Numbered from the whole stretch's first letter, positions 1-12,443 are shown. The stretch is 63,057 nucleotides of DNA, filler included, from Octopus bimaculoides (GCF_001194135.2; 5 parts of 5 records of this genome joined end to end with filler, not necessarily neighbours in it); one strand, 5' to 3'. The notes: generated by a model from the letters alone, not told the origin. Numbers and translations are program-made.

Positions 1-71
1 GTGGTTGAGAGCCACATATATATATATACCTATTATATACACAATATACATAAAATATTTATATGTGGCTC

Positions 72-215
72 TCAACCACATGGTTCTGGATTCAGTCCCA
101 CTGCGTGGCACTTTTAGCAAGTATCTTCTACTATAGCCTTGGGCCGACCAAATCCTTGTAAGTGAATTCGGTTTGCGGAAACTGAAAGAAACCCGTCGTA
201 TATGCGTGTGTGTCT
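72..215 (+). mobile_element. SINE family A, 5'-truncated head/core fragment
   Basis: Matches the copies at 10152 and 23935: B-box-like GATTCAGTCCC, then ...CTACTATAGCC...GAAACTGAAAGAA.CCCGTCG. Confidence 0.85.
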
Positions 216-2003
216 GTGCGCGCGCGCGCGTGTGTAATTACGAATATCAAAAACTCTCATTTATTTAATAAAATCAGTTAATAAATTCGATTAAGTGCGA
301 TTATTCACGCATTTCATAGACAAGAATCTTTCAGGTCGTAATAAAATAAAAAATGAAAATAAACGCTGTTTTACTCCAAATAACAGTTATTAGTTTTAAG
401 AACAAATAAATCCATTATTAGCTTTAAGTTGCTACTGTTGTTTCTGCTGCTCTTAAACCTTCAGTCATGCTCACTCTAACGATACCATCACTAAAGCCTT
501 TCCAGAGATGGCTATCACATCCAGCTGTCTGGCAGCGCGTATCGTGAACTATAGTATTTAGTGCACCCTTCCCTTTCACAATGATTCAAGGAAATTTGGT
601 TGCTTTTTCCTGATGAGTAAGCTATAATGTATAATCTCCCTGACGATTAAATGTGTTTCTGAAAGAGAGAGAGAGGGTAGGGGAGAGAAAATAGAAAAAG
701 GCAGATGAGAGACAGAAGTTGTGAAGTCAAGAGAGAAACGGGCAGAATGAAGGGGACGTTTGGGTAGGGGCTTCTAGCAACTTCGGTGAGATATTCTGCA
801 GCAACGAATTAACTTGTTGAAAGACTTACTTACAGCTGGCTTCGAGAAACTTTTCACGCAAACTCTATCATTACAGACACCACCGTCATCACCGTGTTTC
901 TTTTTACTTTCTTTTTGACATTTTTTTTTTCCAGTTTAATATTTCTCGATTTCCTTCTCTGTTTACTTACTGCTGTGCTGCCAATGTTGATAGACATAGA
1001 AAAGGTTTAAGAACAAGATAGGGAAGAGAAAATACAAGAAGAAGAAGCAAACATTTGTCAATCGGTCAATCAAGTAAAAAAATATGGTACTTTTGATGGT
1101 TATATTGCCTTTATTGTTGTCTGAAGGAAAAAACGTGACCCCTGGTCTTTGAAAGGGTCTCTGATATCTAAGGCATTCTTGCAATAAAGATGGAAGAATG
1201 TCTATAGTTGTTTGTTGTCGCTGTTGTTGTTCTTGCTGTTGTTGTTGCGCAATCTTACCGTCAGGTTAGCCCTGATCTTTTACTTGCTTCAATCATTAGA
1301 CTGCAGCCCTTCCGGACGGACAAATTTTATTGTTATAAGCCAGATATGTCAAATCTTTTAATGGTAGATGTCTAATGCAATTGGCAGCAAAATGTTAATC
1401 TTCGAAATCACACAAACTGGAAAGTGGTGACGCTGCAGATTGGCGACCGCATCAATTTCAAGCCCAAGAAAGACTTTTTGTCAAAGATTTTGCCAAAGGT
1501 ACCGCCAAGAGGTTGGCGCTGTCGTTGGCAGTGTAGTCAGATTCGCACAACTCTGTACAATCCCGACAATTTTGCAGCTTTGCAGTAATTTGTCCAAGTC
1601 TATTCAGATGTAATCGTGAGCCACCTATTGATGCTAACGAACGAGACATTTAAAGAAAATTCGCGAAGAAATCTGGCCTTCTGGCCTTCGTCAGGGTTGT
1701 AGAGCAAAGAAAACTACTGCTGCTCACTTCTTCAAGAAAAACAGACACACTATCTGGGTCGAGGAAGATCGTATTTTACTTTTAAATCCAATACTTTTTG
1801 AAACAATGCAGCAACATCGCATGTTTCAGGCCGGCAGAAAGAAGCCTTCACTTCGTAGTTGCCAAAAGGACCGTGTCTCGCAAATCCTAGTCCCACTGTA
1901 TACAACAACAACAACAACAAATACAACTACTACTAGTAGTAGTAGTAGTAATACTAATGCTGCTGTTATAAGCAGGTTTACTAACATAAATGCTACTATC
2001 TCG

Positions 2004-2216
2004 AATATTGGTTTCAAATTTATGCCACAAGGCCAGTAGGTTTGAGGGAGTGGGTAAGTCGATAACATAAACCCCAGTACTCAATTGGGACTTATTTTAT
2101 CGACCTCGAAAGGATGAAAAGCAAAGTCAACCTCGGCGGTATTTGAACACAGAACGTACAGACAGACGCTAAGCATCTTGCCCGACATGCTAACGAAACT
2201 GCCAGCACGCCGCTTT
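2004..2216 (-). mobile_element. SINE family B (tRNA head, conserved central domain), tail ...CCAAAATTTGAAACCAATATT
   Basis: Reverse complement aligns with the young copy at 28438; A-box TGGCAG..TCG and B-box-like GTTCAAAT. Confidence 0.9.
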
Positions 2217-2246
2217 TCTACCGTCTCTAATACTATTTCTACTACG

Positions 2247-2359
2247 AAGGCGGCGCGTTAGTAGAATTGTTACAGGGGCATTTCTTCCGTCTTTACGTTC
2301 TGAGTAATCGACATACCTACTCCCCACGAAATTGCTGGCCCCGGGTCAAAATCTGAAAT

Positions 2360-2360
<1 letters not shown>
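2247..2360 (+). mobile_element. SINE family B, internally deleted, followed by (ACT)n
   Basis: Head AAGGCGGCG...ACGTTCTGAGT joined directly to AATCGAC-tail. Confidence 0.7.
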
Positions 2361-2391
<31 letters not shown>

Positions 2392-2749
2392 TTGCTACTG
2401 CTGCTACTACTTCTGCAATTACCACCACCATTACTGCTTCCACAATCAACACTACCACTACAGCCACGACCTACACCACTCCTGAAATTGCCACACTCAC
2501 TCTCAGTACTGTTAATGTTTGAACTAGCCGAATAGATACCAAATGCGACTCCATGGAGAGTTTGGCGTCGTTGTGGTACCTTTGCTCCCCTTTACTTCTC
2601 CCGAAATACTTGATTTTATTATGTCTGTCGGACAGACACGCTTGAAGCTTTTGTGTTTTACTGATAAGTTTTACAACTGCCTCACTTGGTTTTGAGGTTG
2701 TAAAGCAGGCAAGATGGGGATACACTCACACACACACACGCACACTCTT

Positions 2750-2751
2750 TC

Positions 2752-2839
<88 letters not shown>

Positions 2840-2840
2840 A
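2750..2840. repeat. (CT)n microsatellite, one of dozens of di-, tri- and tetranucleotide SSRs in the window
   Basis: Direct reading. Confidence 0.98.
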
Positions 2841-3164
2841 ATCACACACACATACACACAAATGGAGCACAAAAACAAGACAACACGGGTGGAACAAGTT
2901 TTAACTACTGTATTAGTTCAACGGATAAAAAGAAATGAATATATATATATGTATATATATATGTATATATACACCCATACATACATATATACATACATAC
3001 ATACACATACATACATGCATACATACACGTATATGTTTGTATGTGTCAAGCAATGAGAGGAAGAGAGAGAGAGAAAGAGCGCGAGAGGCATTTACTTACA
3101 TCTACATATACATACAACCTCTCAACATACATATCTTGAAGGCAACACGCATATATATACACAT

Positions 3165-3205
<41 letters not shown>

Positions 3206-4655
3206 ACACGATCGTATACACACGCACGCACACACATATACGCATACATGTATGAAGTAGCTTTACAGACAGTTAACTTGTGTAATTCATACAGAATACT
3301 CCTTGAAATGTTTTCGTTTTCGTAATCTCTGTGTTATTTCCTGAGATAGCGAAGTTAGATTCAACATTAAATCTGTTGGCCTTGTCATTTCTATAATTCA
3401 CTTGGTGGCAGAACTATAAACGTCCAACAATTTTTTTTCCCTCGCTTACACCTCTTCGTGCATACGCACGCGCACTCGTTTTCGTATCACGCCACCAGAT
3501 TCAATTCAGGGACCAGTAAAACTGTGTCTATACTAGAAATAATTATGGATATATTAGATATTATTAAGGATAGAATATCAGGCAAAGTATTAGTGTCAAA
3601 TTAATCGACTAATCTTTTTCCCCAAGAATTTTTGTTGTTGATATAAGCGACTGTTGCACCTCTCAAAATATGCGGCCTTCCGCCTGTATATAAAATATTA
3701 AAGAACTCATTATTGGAGGATTAGCAGAATTGGTTTAGCGTCAAGAATAATGTCTTGCAATATTTATATATTTAGTTCGACTCTCTCTGTCTTGAGTTCA
3801 AATCTCATCGTGGTCAACTTAGCATTGCATTCTTTCGGAGTCAGTTAAACTAACTACAAGCCAAGTACAAGAATAGCTGTATTCAATACATACATTCTCT
3901 ATACCATTAGTAAATGCTATAAACAACAATGTATTTTGAGAATATTCTGGGAGATGTTGATTTAGATTTCCGATGTTGATGTAGATTTTCAGGCCAAAGA
4001 TTGTGGAACACTTCCAAACATTACCTCTTTGGGAGTTCTGCGGATAAGTGGGGATAGAATCCATTACTATTCTATTAACTCCTATTCGTATCTAGCTGTG
4101 CATATAAGTGGGCACCATAATTGGTTGAATTACGTTTCGAAGAAATAGTGTGTTCTACGATGAAACCCAGGTTAGTGTTTTTCTTAAAGTATAAGCATTG
4201 CACATATATTATACTAATCACATTGCTGATCCTGGTTGTGGCAGGAGAATGGTGGTGATGGCATGGGTAGTAGTAGTAGTAGTAGTAGTAGTGATTGTTG
4301 AGTACAGAACACTTAAGCTGTGAATGTGAGAGAGAGACACTTTAAGTGAACCTGCTTGTCAGACAGCTATTCTAAGAGACACACAGGTAATAAAAGTCGT
4401 AAAATATAATAATAATTTCCTGCTTCAGGAGAAGATGAATTTTGACAATAAAGTCAAAATTGTTCTTCGACGAAAACTAATATGGCCAGATGGCTTGTCC
4501 GCATAATATTCATACACAGGATATCGCATGGACAGTGAGACAAATGGAGTTTTCTAAAAACGAATATACATGCAAACTTGCAATTCAACCGTATCGTTTG
4601 CGGTAACAATAAAACAACATTATGAAAAATTATCGGAAATGAACGAAATTTTGTT

Positions 4656-6015
4656 TCAGTATTTTGTAGGGCATCCTTTATCTAATATCACAGCAGCTTC
4701 CATCCGATCAAGCAGGAATTGATTAACTTATCAGTGAAAGAATGAGTTCTTTTCCAGGCTTGTGATACTTTGTAGGGACTGGAGGAAAACTGGTTGAGTT
4801 ATCAATTGCTTTGTTGGGATAGACAAGTAGTCGAACTCTTGAAGTATTTTGAGCCATTTAAAGGTTTTTCAACAAAAATAAGCCGCGATCCACATAACGC
4901 ACAAACTGCCCCCTCCCACCATACAATAGCTCCAGCTCCTCCATGTTTAGCTGTTCCTTGCGAGTAATCTTGACCTTATCTTTTAGTTTAGTTGCACCAT
5001 GTATAACTGCTCTGATTCGGAAAACTGACAGCATTTGTTTTTGTTAGACGACATCGTTCATGACTAATCCTCGAATTTCTGGTTGGAGAATTCTTTAGCC
5101 AATCCGAATCATTTGGACTTTAGCTCATTTCATGCAACTCTTCGTTGGAAGGTCTTTCAATAAAATATATTGCATTTTAGATGCTGGCGCATGCCTTGGA
5201 CCAAGTTAAAGGTCAGGACATTTTTCAATGTTTTATAATACTGTGTTTAGTGTGTAGTATCGTTTCAAAGAAGGGGACATTCTTTGCCTTGCTTCAAGCC
5301 TTGTTGAGAATCTTCCTCATAGATATATAGAGAGTTCATTTGCACTCTTCAAACCGCTATTGGCACATTTTTCACGAATTTTTGTCTTACATTGTGTCAG
5401 CCTTGTGGTGTCTAAGAACATCAGGGATGGATGCACACACACACACACACACACACTCACACAAAAAAAAATGGTATGAAGATAGGACTCTAAAGATTCA
5501 GAAAATATATGTAATATACCTAGATATTTCATTGTGAGACGTTATTGGCTGCCTTAAATTATAATGAAGAATGACTCGAGCAAATCCAGTTAAGTCGTAA
5601 ATTGGTCCTTTATAAAAGTATGCTTAAATACTCAATGAAAATGCCGGATAACACTGAACGCCACAGTGAAATAAAGAACCAGTTGAATATTATAAGCAAT
5701 ATTATAAACTTTATAACAACATTGCTATAAACAACATTGTCATTAGTGCATTTGGTGCGTTTGGTGAACTCTTCTTTCCTATCGAAACACTTTCAATAAG
5801 TAACACAATATGGTGACATAGAATTCGTAACCTCTCTAAGTTTCAAACCGATGTTTTATAACTTTCCTCTTACCTGCCCTCTTTGCCCAGAAACCTTGTG
5901 CGACATCTTAGATCTCTTTTTCACCCGGCAATCCATCTCTTGACTAAGTTATTCACCGTTTGCTGATCGATGCCGAAAACTTGACTACTTTTCGATTGGA
6001 CTTTCCACATCCATA
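4656..6015 (-). pseudogene. Heavily decayed, interrupted Tc1-family transposase
   Basis: Minus-strand remnants in the expected order: HTH-like GKSNRKVVKF (about 5990), KHGGAGAIVW (about 4940, cf. Tc1 KHGGGSVMVW), C-terminal VILDKGCPTKY* (stop at 4656-4658, cf. VIKAKGGPTKY*); many stops and frameshifts. Confidence 0.65.
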
Positions 6016-6032
6016 TCATTACTTTGAAAGGT

Positions 6033-6195
6033 TTTTAATCGAACGAATCGACCCCAGTAAACTAATTTATTTTCAAGCCTAATACTTATTCAATCGGACG
6101 CTTTTTTTGTGGGGGGGGTCGATAATTTATGGAGACGTAAACATATCAACACCGGTTGTCAACCGGGGGTGGAAAACAAACACGGAGACACACAC
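6033..6195 (-). mobile_element. SINE A-related 3' half
   Basis: Reverse complement contains TTGACAACCGGTGTTG...TTACGTCTCC...AATAAGTA...CTGGGGTCGATTCGTTCGA. Confidence 0.7.
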
Positions 6196-6199
6196 TTAA

Positions 6200-6238
<39 letters not shown>

Positions 6239-6374
6239 CATGCATATATGACAATTTATTGGCATCGAACGTTATACATTTTTTCCTATATCGAAGTTTC
6301 GAGAAAATTTGATTAGCTGAAAATGTCTGTATACCTTATGATTAGCAACTAGAATTGTTATGAACGCAAATAAA

Positions 6375-6496
6375 AATCCAATTTGATGGAGTAAAGTGTC
6401 CCCAGCTTAATATTTCTAGAATTTGCATTCACAGCATCTCTAGAAAAGTTGCTATAAATATTAAGCTGGGGCCACTTTACTCCCTCAATTTGGATT
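6375..6496. repeat. Foldback / MITE-like inverted repeat with about 41-bp arms
   Basis: GGAGTAAAGTGTCCCCAGCTTAATATTT (6388-6415) vs AAATATTAAGCTGGGGCCACTTTACTCC (6456-6483), 27/28 complementary; arms extend outward. Confidence 0.85.
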
Positions 6497-6566
6497 TATA
6501 TATATTGTTATATTAGTGGGATGGTCAGATGGTCATATTTTTGGCAGTTAACCACATGCTCTATAA

Positions 6567-6691
6567 TACAGTTCTATATTTAAGTGATGAGGAATTATTT
6601 ACATTATTTACATTTGATGGATATTTGTCCTCATCTTGTTTGTTGTTAACACAACGTTTCGGCTGATATACCGTCCAGCCTTCATCAGGTG
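6567..6691 (-). mobile_element. Penelope-like-element-related repeat fragment (copy 1) carrying a hammerhead motif
   Basis: About 90% identical by eye to 24943-25069; contains hammerhead core. Confidence 0.75.
6648..6691 (-). ncRNA. Minimal type I hammerhead ribozyme motif
   Basis: CAC-CUGAUGA-A-GGCUG(GACGGUAUAU)CAGCC-GAA-ACGU-U-GUG: both core boxes, 5-bp stem II, palindromic ACGU stem III, stem I only 3 bp in this copy. Confidence 0.7.
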
Positions 6692-6885
6692 AACTATAAT
6701 TTGTGAAAAATATGACCATCCCCAAATATAACAATATTTGCTTCCACTCATTTTCACATCAGGAATCTTTCAAAACAGACGCATAAACTTATATATATAT
6801 CGTGGTTATCTACTCCTTACACAGAGTTTGACCACCTCCTGTACCTACACCTTAGCCCCTTATATACATATATATATATATATAT

Positions 6886-7058
6886 ATTTCTTTTACTTCT
6901 TTCAGTGATTAGCCTGCGGCCATGCTGGAGCACCGCCTTAAAGAATTTTAGTAGTACGAAGAATCAATCCCACTACTTAATTTTCAAAGCCTGGTATTTA
7001 TTCTATCAGTTCCTTTTGCCGAACACTAGCTTCCAGTGATGTAAACACACCAACACGT
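6886..7058 (-). mobile_element. SINE family A 3' half
   Basis: Reverse complement of ...AAGGCGGTGCTCCAGCATGGCCGCAG...CTGAAAGAAGTAAAAGAAA tail. Confidence 0.85.
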
Positions 7059-7224
7059 ATATGTAAAATTATGTTTGTATAAACATGAGTGTGTGTGATA
7101 AATATTTACACGAAATATATATATATGCATGTATATATGTGTATGGATACTATATGTGTGTATATATATATTACATAATGTATATAAATATATGTATTAT
7201 ATAATATATGTATATATCATACAT

Positions 7225-7273
<49 letters not shown>

Positions 7274-7909
7274 NNNNNNNNNNNNNNNNNNNNNNNNNNN
7301 NNNNNNNNNNNNNNNNNNNNNNNNNNNNNNNNNNNNNNNNNNNNNNNNNNNNNNNNNNNNNNNNNNNNNNNNNNNNNNNNNNNNNNNNNNNNNNNNNNNN
7401 NNNNNNNNNNNNNNNNNNNNNNNNNNNNNNNNNNNNNNNNNNNNNNNNNNNNNNNNNNNNNNNNNNNNNNNNNNNNNNNNNNNNNNNNNNNNNNNNNNNN
7501 NNNNNNNNNNNNNNNNNNNNNNNNNNNNNNNNNNNNNNNNNNNNNNNNNNNNNNNNNNNNNNNNNNNNNNNNNNNNNNNNNNNNNNNNNNNNNNNNNNNN
7601 NNNNNNNNNNNNNNNNNNNNNNNNNNNNNNNNNNNNNNNNNNNNNNNNNNNNNNNNNNNNNNNNNNNNNNNNNNNNNNNNNNNNNNNNNNNNNNNNNNNN
7701 NNNNNNNNNNNNNNNNNNNNNNNNNNNNNNNNNNNNNNNNNNNNNNNNNNNNNNNNNNNNNNNNNNNNNNNNNNNNNNNNNNNNNNNNNNNNNNNNNNNN
7801 NNNNNNNNNNNNNNNNNNNNNNNNNNNNNNNNNATATATATATACATACATACTTACACAAGTATATATACACATTCACACACACAGTATATATGAATGC
7901 GTGTGCGTA

Positions 7910-7974
<65 letters not shown>

Positions 7975-8487
7975 GTATATATATCATCAAGAACCACCAA
8001 TTGACAGATGAAGATGTGTTTATGGTTTATTGTAGATATAGCTTTTAACTCTGTAACTTGAACCAGTAATAAAATACTTGAAGATTGATTTTGTACAGTA
8101 AATATATAAAAAAGAATAAAACGTCAACCGAATATCGCAAGTCTCAATGCAAGATATTCGGTTACTACCATCTATACACGTGCAGGATCTACTGATTTAC
8201 ACGAAGACATATCATTTCTTGCTACCTCAGGATTGTGTTTCTCAGATCAGTTCCGTCTCGGGTGTAAATATTGTGCTAAAACGTTGTAAGCATTGTCAAA
8301 TATATTTAATCTTTATTTATATGCTTCTGGTGTGGAAACATAGTGGAGGAAAAGATTAACTTCTTCGGGGTTTTTTTTTTTTTAGTTATGTATATCAACT
8401 TCATGTTGTCTCCAGCATTCTAGATTTCCTTTCTGTGTTCAAATCCCGTTATACAGATGAGTGATAGATATCATTATTCTGACCAGC

Positions 8488-9410
8488 AAAGGCGGCAATA
8501 TGATTGGATCGCTAGCACGGCGGACAAAGTGATTAGCAGCATTTCGTCGGTCTTTGCGTTCTGAGTTCAAATATCGTCAAGACCGATTTTGCCTTTCATC
8601 CTTTTAAGGTCGATAATATGAGAGCCATTTGAGCTATGGAGTCAATGTAATCGACGAGCATCTCTTCCACAAAATTTCATGTCTTGTGCCTAAATTAGAA
8701 TTATTATTATTATATAGTAAGGCGGTAATCTGCTGGGCTCATTAAGTACGCCGGACAAAATGCTTAGCGGCATGCCATGTCTTTACGTTATGAGTTGAAA
8801 TTTTACTGAAGTAGACTTCGCGTTTCCTCTTTTCGATGTCGATAAAATAAATATAATTTAGGCGCTAGGGTTGATGTAATCTACTAGTCTTCTCTCTTAA
8901 AATATCAGGCCATGTGTCTATAGCAGAAACAATTACTGTGACTTCTATGAAAGGGGCGAAATGGCAGCATCGTTAGCGCGTGAGGCAAAATCCTTTGCAG
9001 TATCTCTTCGAATTCTTTACGTTCTGAGTTCAAATGACAGTGAGGTCAACTTTTCCTTTCATCCTTCCGGTGCCAGTAAAAGAAAGTGCCAGTCAAGTAC
9101 TGGGGTCGACGGTATCGCTTGACCCACCAAAATTGCTGGTTTTATGTCTAAATTAAGAATGATTATCACTGAGGCTGGTAAATTGGCAGAATCGTTAAAA
9201 TGTCGGAAGAAATATGAATCCATCATTGCGATTAACAAAATCGATAGAGCAGCCCTTTACTTTCATAATTTATAACTGCGCGAGGTCAACTTTGTCTTTG
9301 ATTCCTCAAGGGTCATTAAAATGGCGTGCCCATCAAATATTGAGTTCGATTTAATCGACGAGCTCCTTCTTCCTAAAATGTTGGCTCTATATCAAATAAT
9401 AATCATTTTA
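8488..9410 (+). mobile_element. Four old SINE B copies in head-to-tail tandem (starts about 8488, 8719, 8950, 9170)
   Basis: Each unit has an AAGGCGG-like head, GAGTTCAAAT, TTTCATCC, GTCGAT..ATCGAC hairpin and ATT-rich end. Confidence 0.8.
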
Positions 9411-10151
9411 TAATAATTCTGCTTGTCATTGCGTTACTTAACCCGTCGGTAACGCTTTCACGTAATTAGAGAAAAAAAGGAAGAAAGATAAGAGGGAAAA
9501 GAAAAAGAGGGACAGAGATGCATCCATAACGTGAGATAGAGGGAATATAATTGCAATGTTTTCACGGGATTAGTTGAAGGGAAAGCGAGGAGAAACTAAA
9601 AGGAGAGAGAAAGAGAGGATAAGGCAAAGAGTGAGACAGAGGGAGAAAGAAAGAAAAAGACGGAGAGAAGCGTCCGTTCCGTGAAGTAGGAGGAACGTAA
9701 TCATTTTAGCAGTGGAGCGATGTTCTGATGGTGAGGTTAAAGAAAGGCACACACAGAGAGAGGGGGGGAGAGAGGAAGGGGAGAGAGAGAGGAGGGAGAG
9801 AGAGAGAGGAGGGAGAGAGAGGGAGATGATGATGGTGGTGGTGGAGATGGGGTGGTGGTGATTGGATAGTGAAAAGTGTATTCTTTTTTAATTGAACTCA
9901 GTTTTATACATCGAATATCACTTAACGCATGCGCATAAGTGCAATCCCATGACATTCATGCTTATTTACGTGGCAGATATATGCAACTAAAGGTTGTATC
10001 ATATGTATGGGACTTTGTTTGTTTAGGGGGAAAATAAGAGTGGATATTCATTTTATGAGTGCTGTGTATTAAGTCTATAAAATTGTGCAGAAAGTATATA
10101 AAGTGCATTAAGTAATGATCGCGTTCCAGTGTCCTTCACTTTTAAATGATT

Positions 10152-10567
10152 AGCAGAGGAGTGGCTGTGTGGTAAGTAGCTTGCTTACCAACCATATGGT
10201 TCCGGGTTCAGTCCCACTGCGTGGCACCTTGGGCAAGTGTCTTCTACTATAGCCTCGGGCCGACCAAAATCTTGTGAGTGGATTTGGTAGACGGAAACTG
10301 AAAGAAGCCCGTCGTATATATGTATATATATATGTATGTGTGTGTATATGTTTGCGTGTCTGTGTTTGTCCCCCAACATCGCTTGACAACCGATGCTGGT
10401 GTGTTTACGTCCCCGTCACTTAGCGGTTCGGTAAAAGAGACCGATAGAATAAGTACTAGACTTCCAAAGAATAAGTCCTGGGGTCGATTTGTTCGACTAA
10501 AGGTGGTGCTCCAGCATGGCCACAGTCAAGTGACTGAAGCAAGTAAAAGAGTAAAAGAGTAAAAGAG
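10152..10567 (+). mobile_element. Full-length SINE family A (tRNA head, CORE-like CCTTGGGCAAGT motif, internal TA/TG microsatellite, (TAAAAGAG)n tail)
   Basis: A-box TGGCTGTGTGG, B-box GGTTCAGTCCC; near-identical to 23935, 26921 and 30929. Confidence 0.93.
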
Positions 10568-11554
10568 ATGAGCGACTAACTTTTGATACAGACACAACAC
10601 AGGCCACGCTTTCAGGCTTTTGGGATAAAGCTTTCAGAAATAACCCAATAGGTTTACCATTAATTCCATGAAATATTCACAGGTTCCGCTAGTTTGAATT
10701 AATATTGGAGTGTTAAAAGGCAAAGACATCAAGTGCGAGATTTGAACTCTGAATGTAAGTCGTGCGACGAAATGTTTGCCAACTCAACACATTTCGCCTT
10801 GATAATTTTCAACATTGCAGTAGTGGCGGCGGTGGGTTACTTGATTAAATCAACTTCACTTATTATCGAACCAGAAGAGTCGAAAGGCGAGGTCGACCAC
10901 AATGGCATTTTAATTCAGAAACGTAGATACGTAACTATGTACGTTAAAGGAGTTTTTTCCGACACTCCGCCGACTCTACTATATGGCGCCTTTGTAAGTA
11001 GTTAGAGTGCTCCATCAAGTGTTAGACCTTGTTCTTTCATGTAGTTTTGGTATTGTTGTGCTAGGGTTAATGGGAGTGGTTATATATATTTTTTTATCTG
11101 TGTCACAAACATAAAATTATCATCAACGTCAAACATGTCCGCGATGACCCCTGTACGCCACACTGAAAATAAAAATAATAACAACAACAGCGTTAAAACA
11201 GTCAAAATTAAACGCGAGATGTCAAAAGTTTTCTGATGTGACTTTTATGACCCTCTTATGGAAAATCTCATAACACTTAAAACAATTAAAATTCTTCCAA
11301 TGAATCCTCAAAAGATCCGCACTCATGGTCTGGCAGTAAAGCAGGAAGGAATGAATGTATGAATTAATACATTCATATATAGAGTAATCCCCAAAATATT
11401 ATAAATACACAAACATACAAAAAGCAAACGGAAAAAAATGTATTTAATAGTAACGCCGCAGCCTAAATAATCTCACAGTAGGACCTAAGAGCATTAAAAA
11501 CTCAACTAGAAATAATTTATGCGTTGGAAGCAAAGATAGTATTAGTCAATACCT

Positions 11555-11774
11555 AATATTGGTTTCAAATTTTGGCACACGGTCAGCAAGTTCGGGGAAG
11601 GGACTAAGTCGATTATATCAACAACAGTGCTCAACTGCTACTTAATTTATCGACCTCGAAAGGATGAAAGGCGACGTTTACCTACGCGGAATTTGAAGTC
11701 AGAAGATAAGGATGAACAAAATGTCGCTAAGCATTTTGTCCGGCGTGCTAACGATTCGGCTAGCTCGCCGTCTT
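11555..11774 (-). mobile_element. SINE family B
   Basis: Reverse-complement match to the family consensus. Confidence 0.9.
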
Positions 11775-11784
11775 GTCAATATTT

Positions 11785-12123
11785 AATATTATTTCGTCTG
11801 TCTTTATGTTCTGAGTTCAAATTCTTCCGAGGTCGCCTTTGCCTTTCATCTTTTCGGGGTCGATGAATAAAGTACTAGTTGCGTACTGGGATCGATCTAA
11901 TCGACTGCCCCACTTCCACAAAAATTTCGGGCCTTGTGCCTAGAGTAGAAAAGAATATTATTTCGTCTGTCTTTACGTTCTGAGTTCAAATTTCGCCGAG
12001 GTCGACTTTGCCTTTCATCCTTTCGTGATCGATGATTTAAGCACCAGTTGCGTACTGGGGTCGATTTAATCGACTAGCCCCCTCCCCAAAAATTTCGGGC
12101 CTTGTGCCTAGAGTAGAAAAGAA
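11785..12123 (+). mobile_element. Two tandem 5'-truncated SINE B copies (169-bp period), tail ...GTGCCTAGAGTAGAAAAGA
   Basis: Both start AATATTATTTCGTCTGTCTTT (11785, 11954). Confidence 0.9.
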
Positions 12124-12443
12124 AACTTAATATTGTTTCAGTTTTCGGCAAGTACGAGAGAACACTCGGGTTATTTTTTTATTGTATTATGATTTCATCA
12201 GCGAGACAAAGAGTTAATTGACTGTAACTGATGAAGGAGTGGTAAGAGAATCATTAAGTAAATGTACAAAATTTTGGCTTAGAGAAATAGGAATTGTTGA
12301 GAGAAACTACCCAATGACGTAGTATGCACGAAAATAATCAATAGATATGTTAGTCTTACTTAATACAGGGAGAAGTAAACGGTAAATTAGAGGGGGATAT
12401 GCGGTGAAAGGTTAATTATAAACAAATGCGAAAGCATGTCTAT

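Noticed and set aside
1680-1860. Hammerhead half-motifs on the minus strand (CTGACGAAGGCCAGAAGGCC; GCCTGAAACATG)
   Set aside because: Each lacks the other core box in the right position; at best a decayed relic.
8126-8163. 11-bp stem hairpin AACCGAATATC/GATATTCGGTT
   Set aside because: Too short for a pre-miRNA and does not extend.
8120-8285. Open frame ending at a GTAAG donor (YSVTTIYTRAGSTDLHEDISF...)
   Set aside because: No credible in-frame acceptor and no recognised domain.
8488-9410. Repeat-spacer-like arrays suggesting CRISPR
   Set aside because: Units are about 230-bp SINEs in eukaryotic DNA; there are no constant short repeats with unique spacers and no cas genes.
10152-10230. tRNA-like A/B boxes
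   Set aside because: SINE heads: no full cloverleaf, and they continue into repeat bodies.
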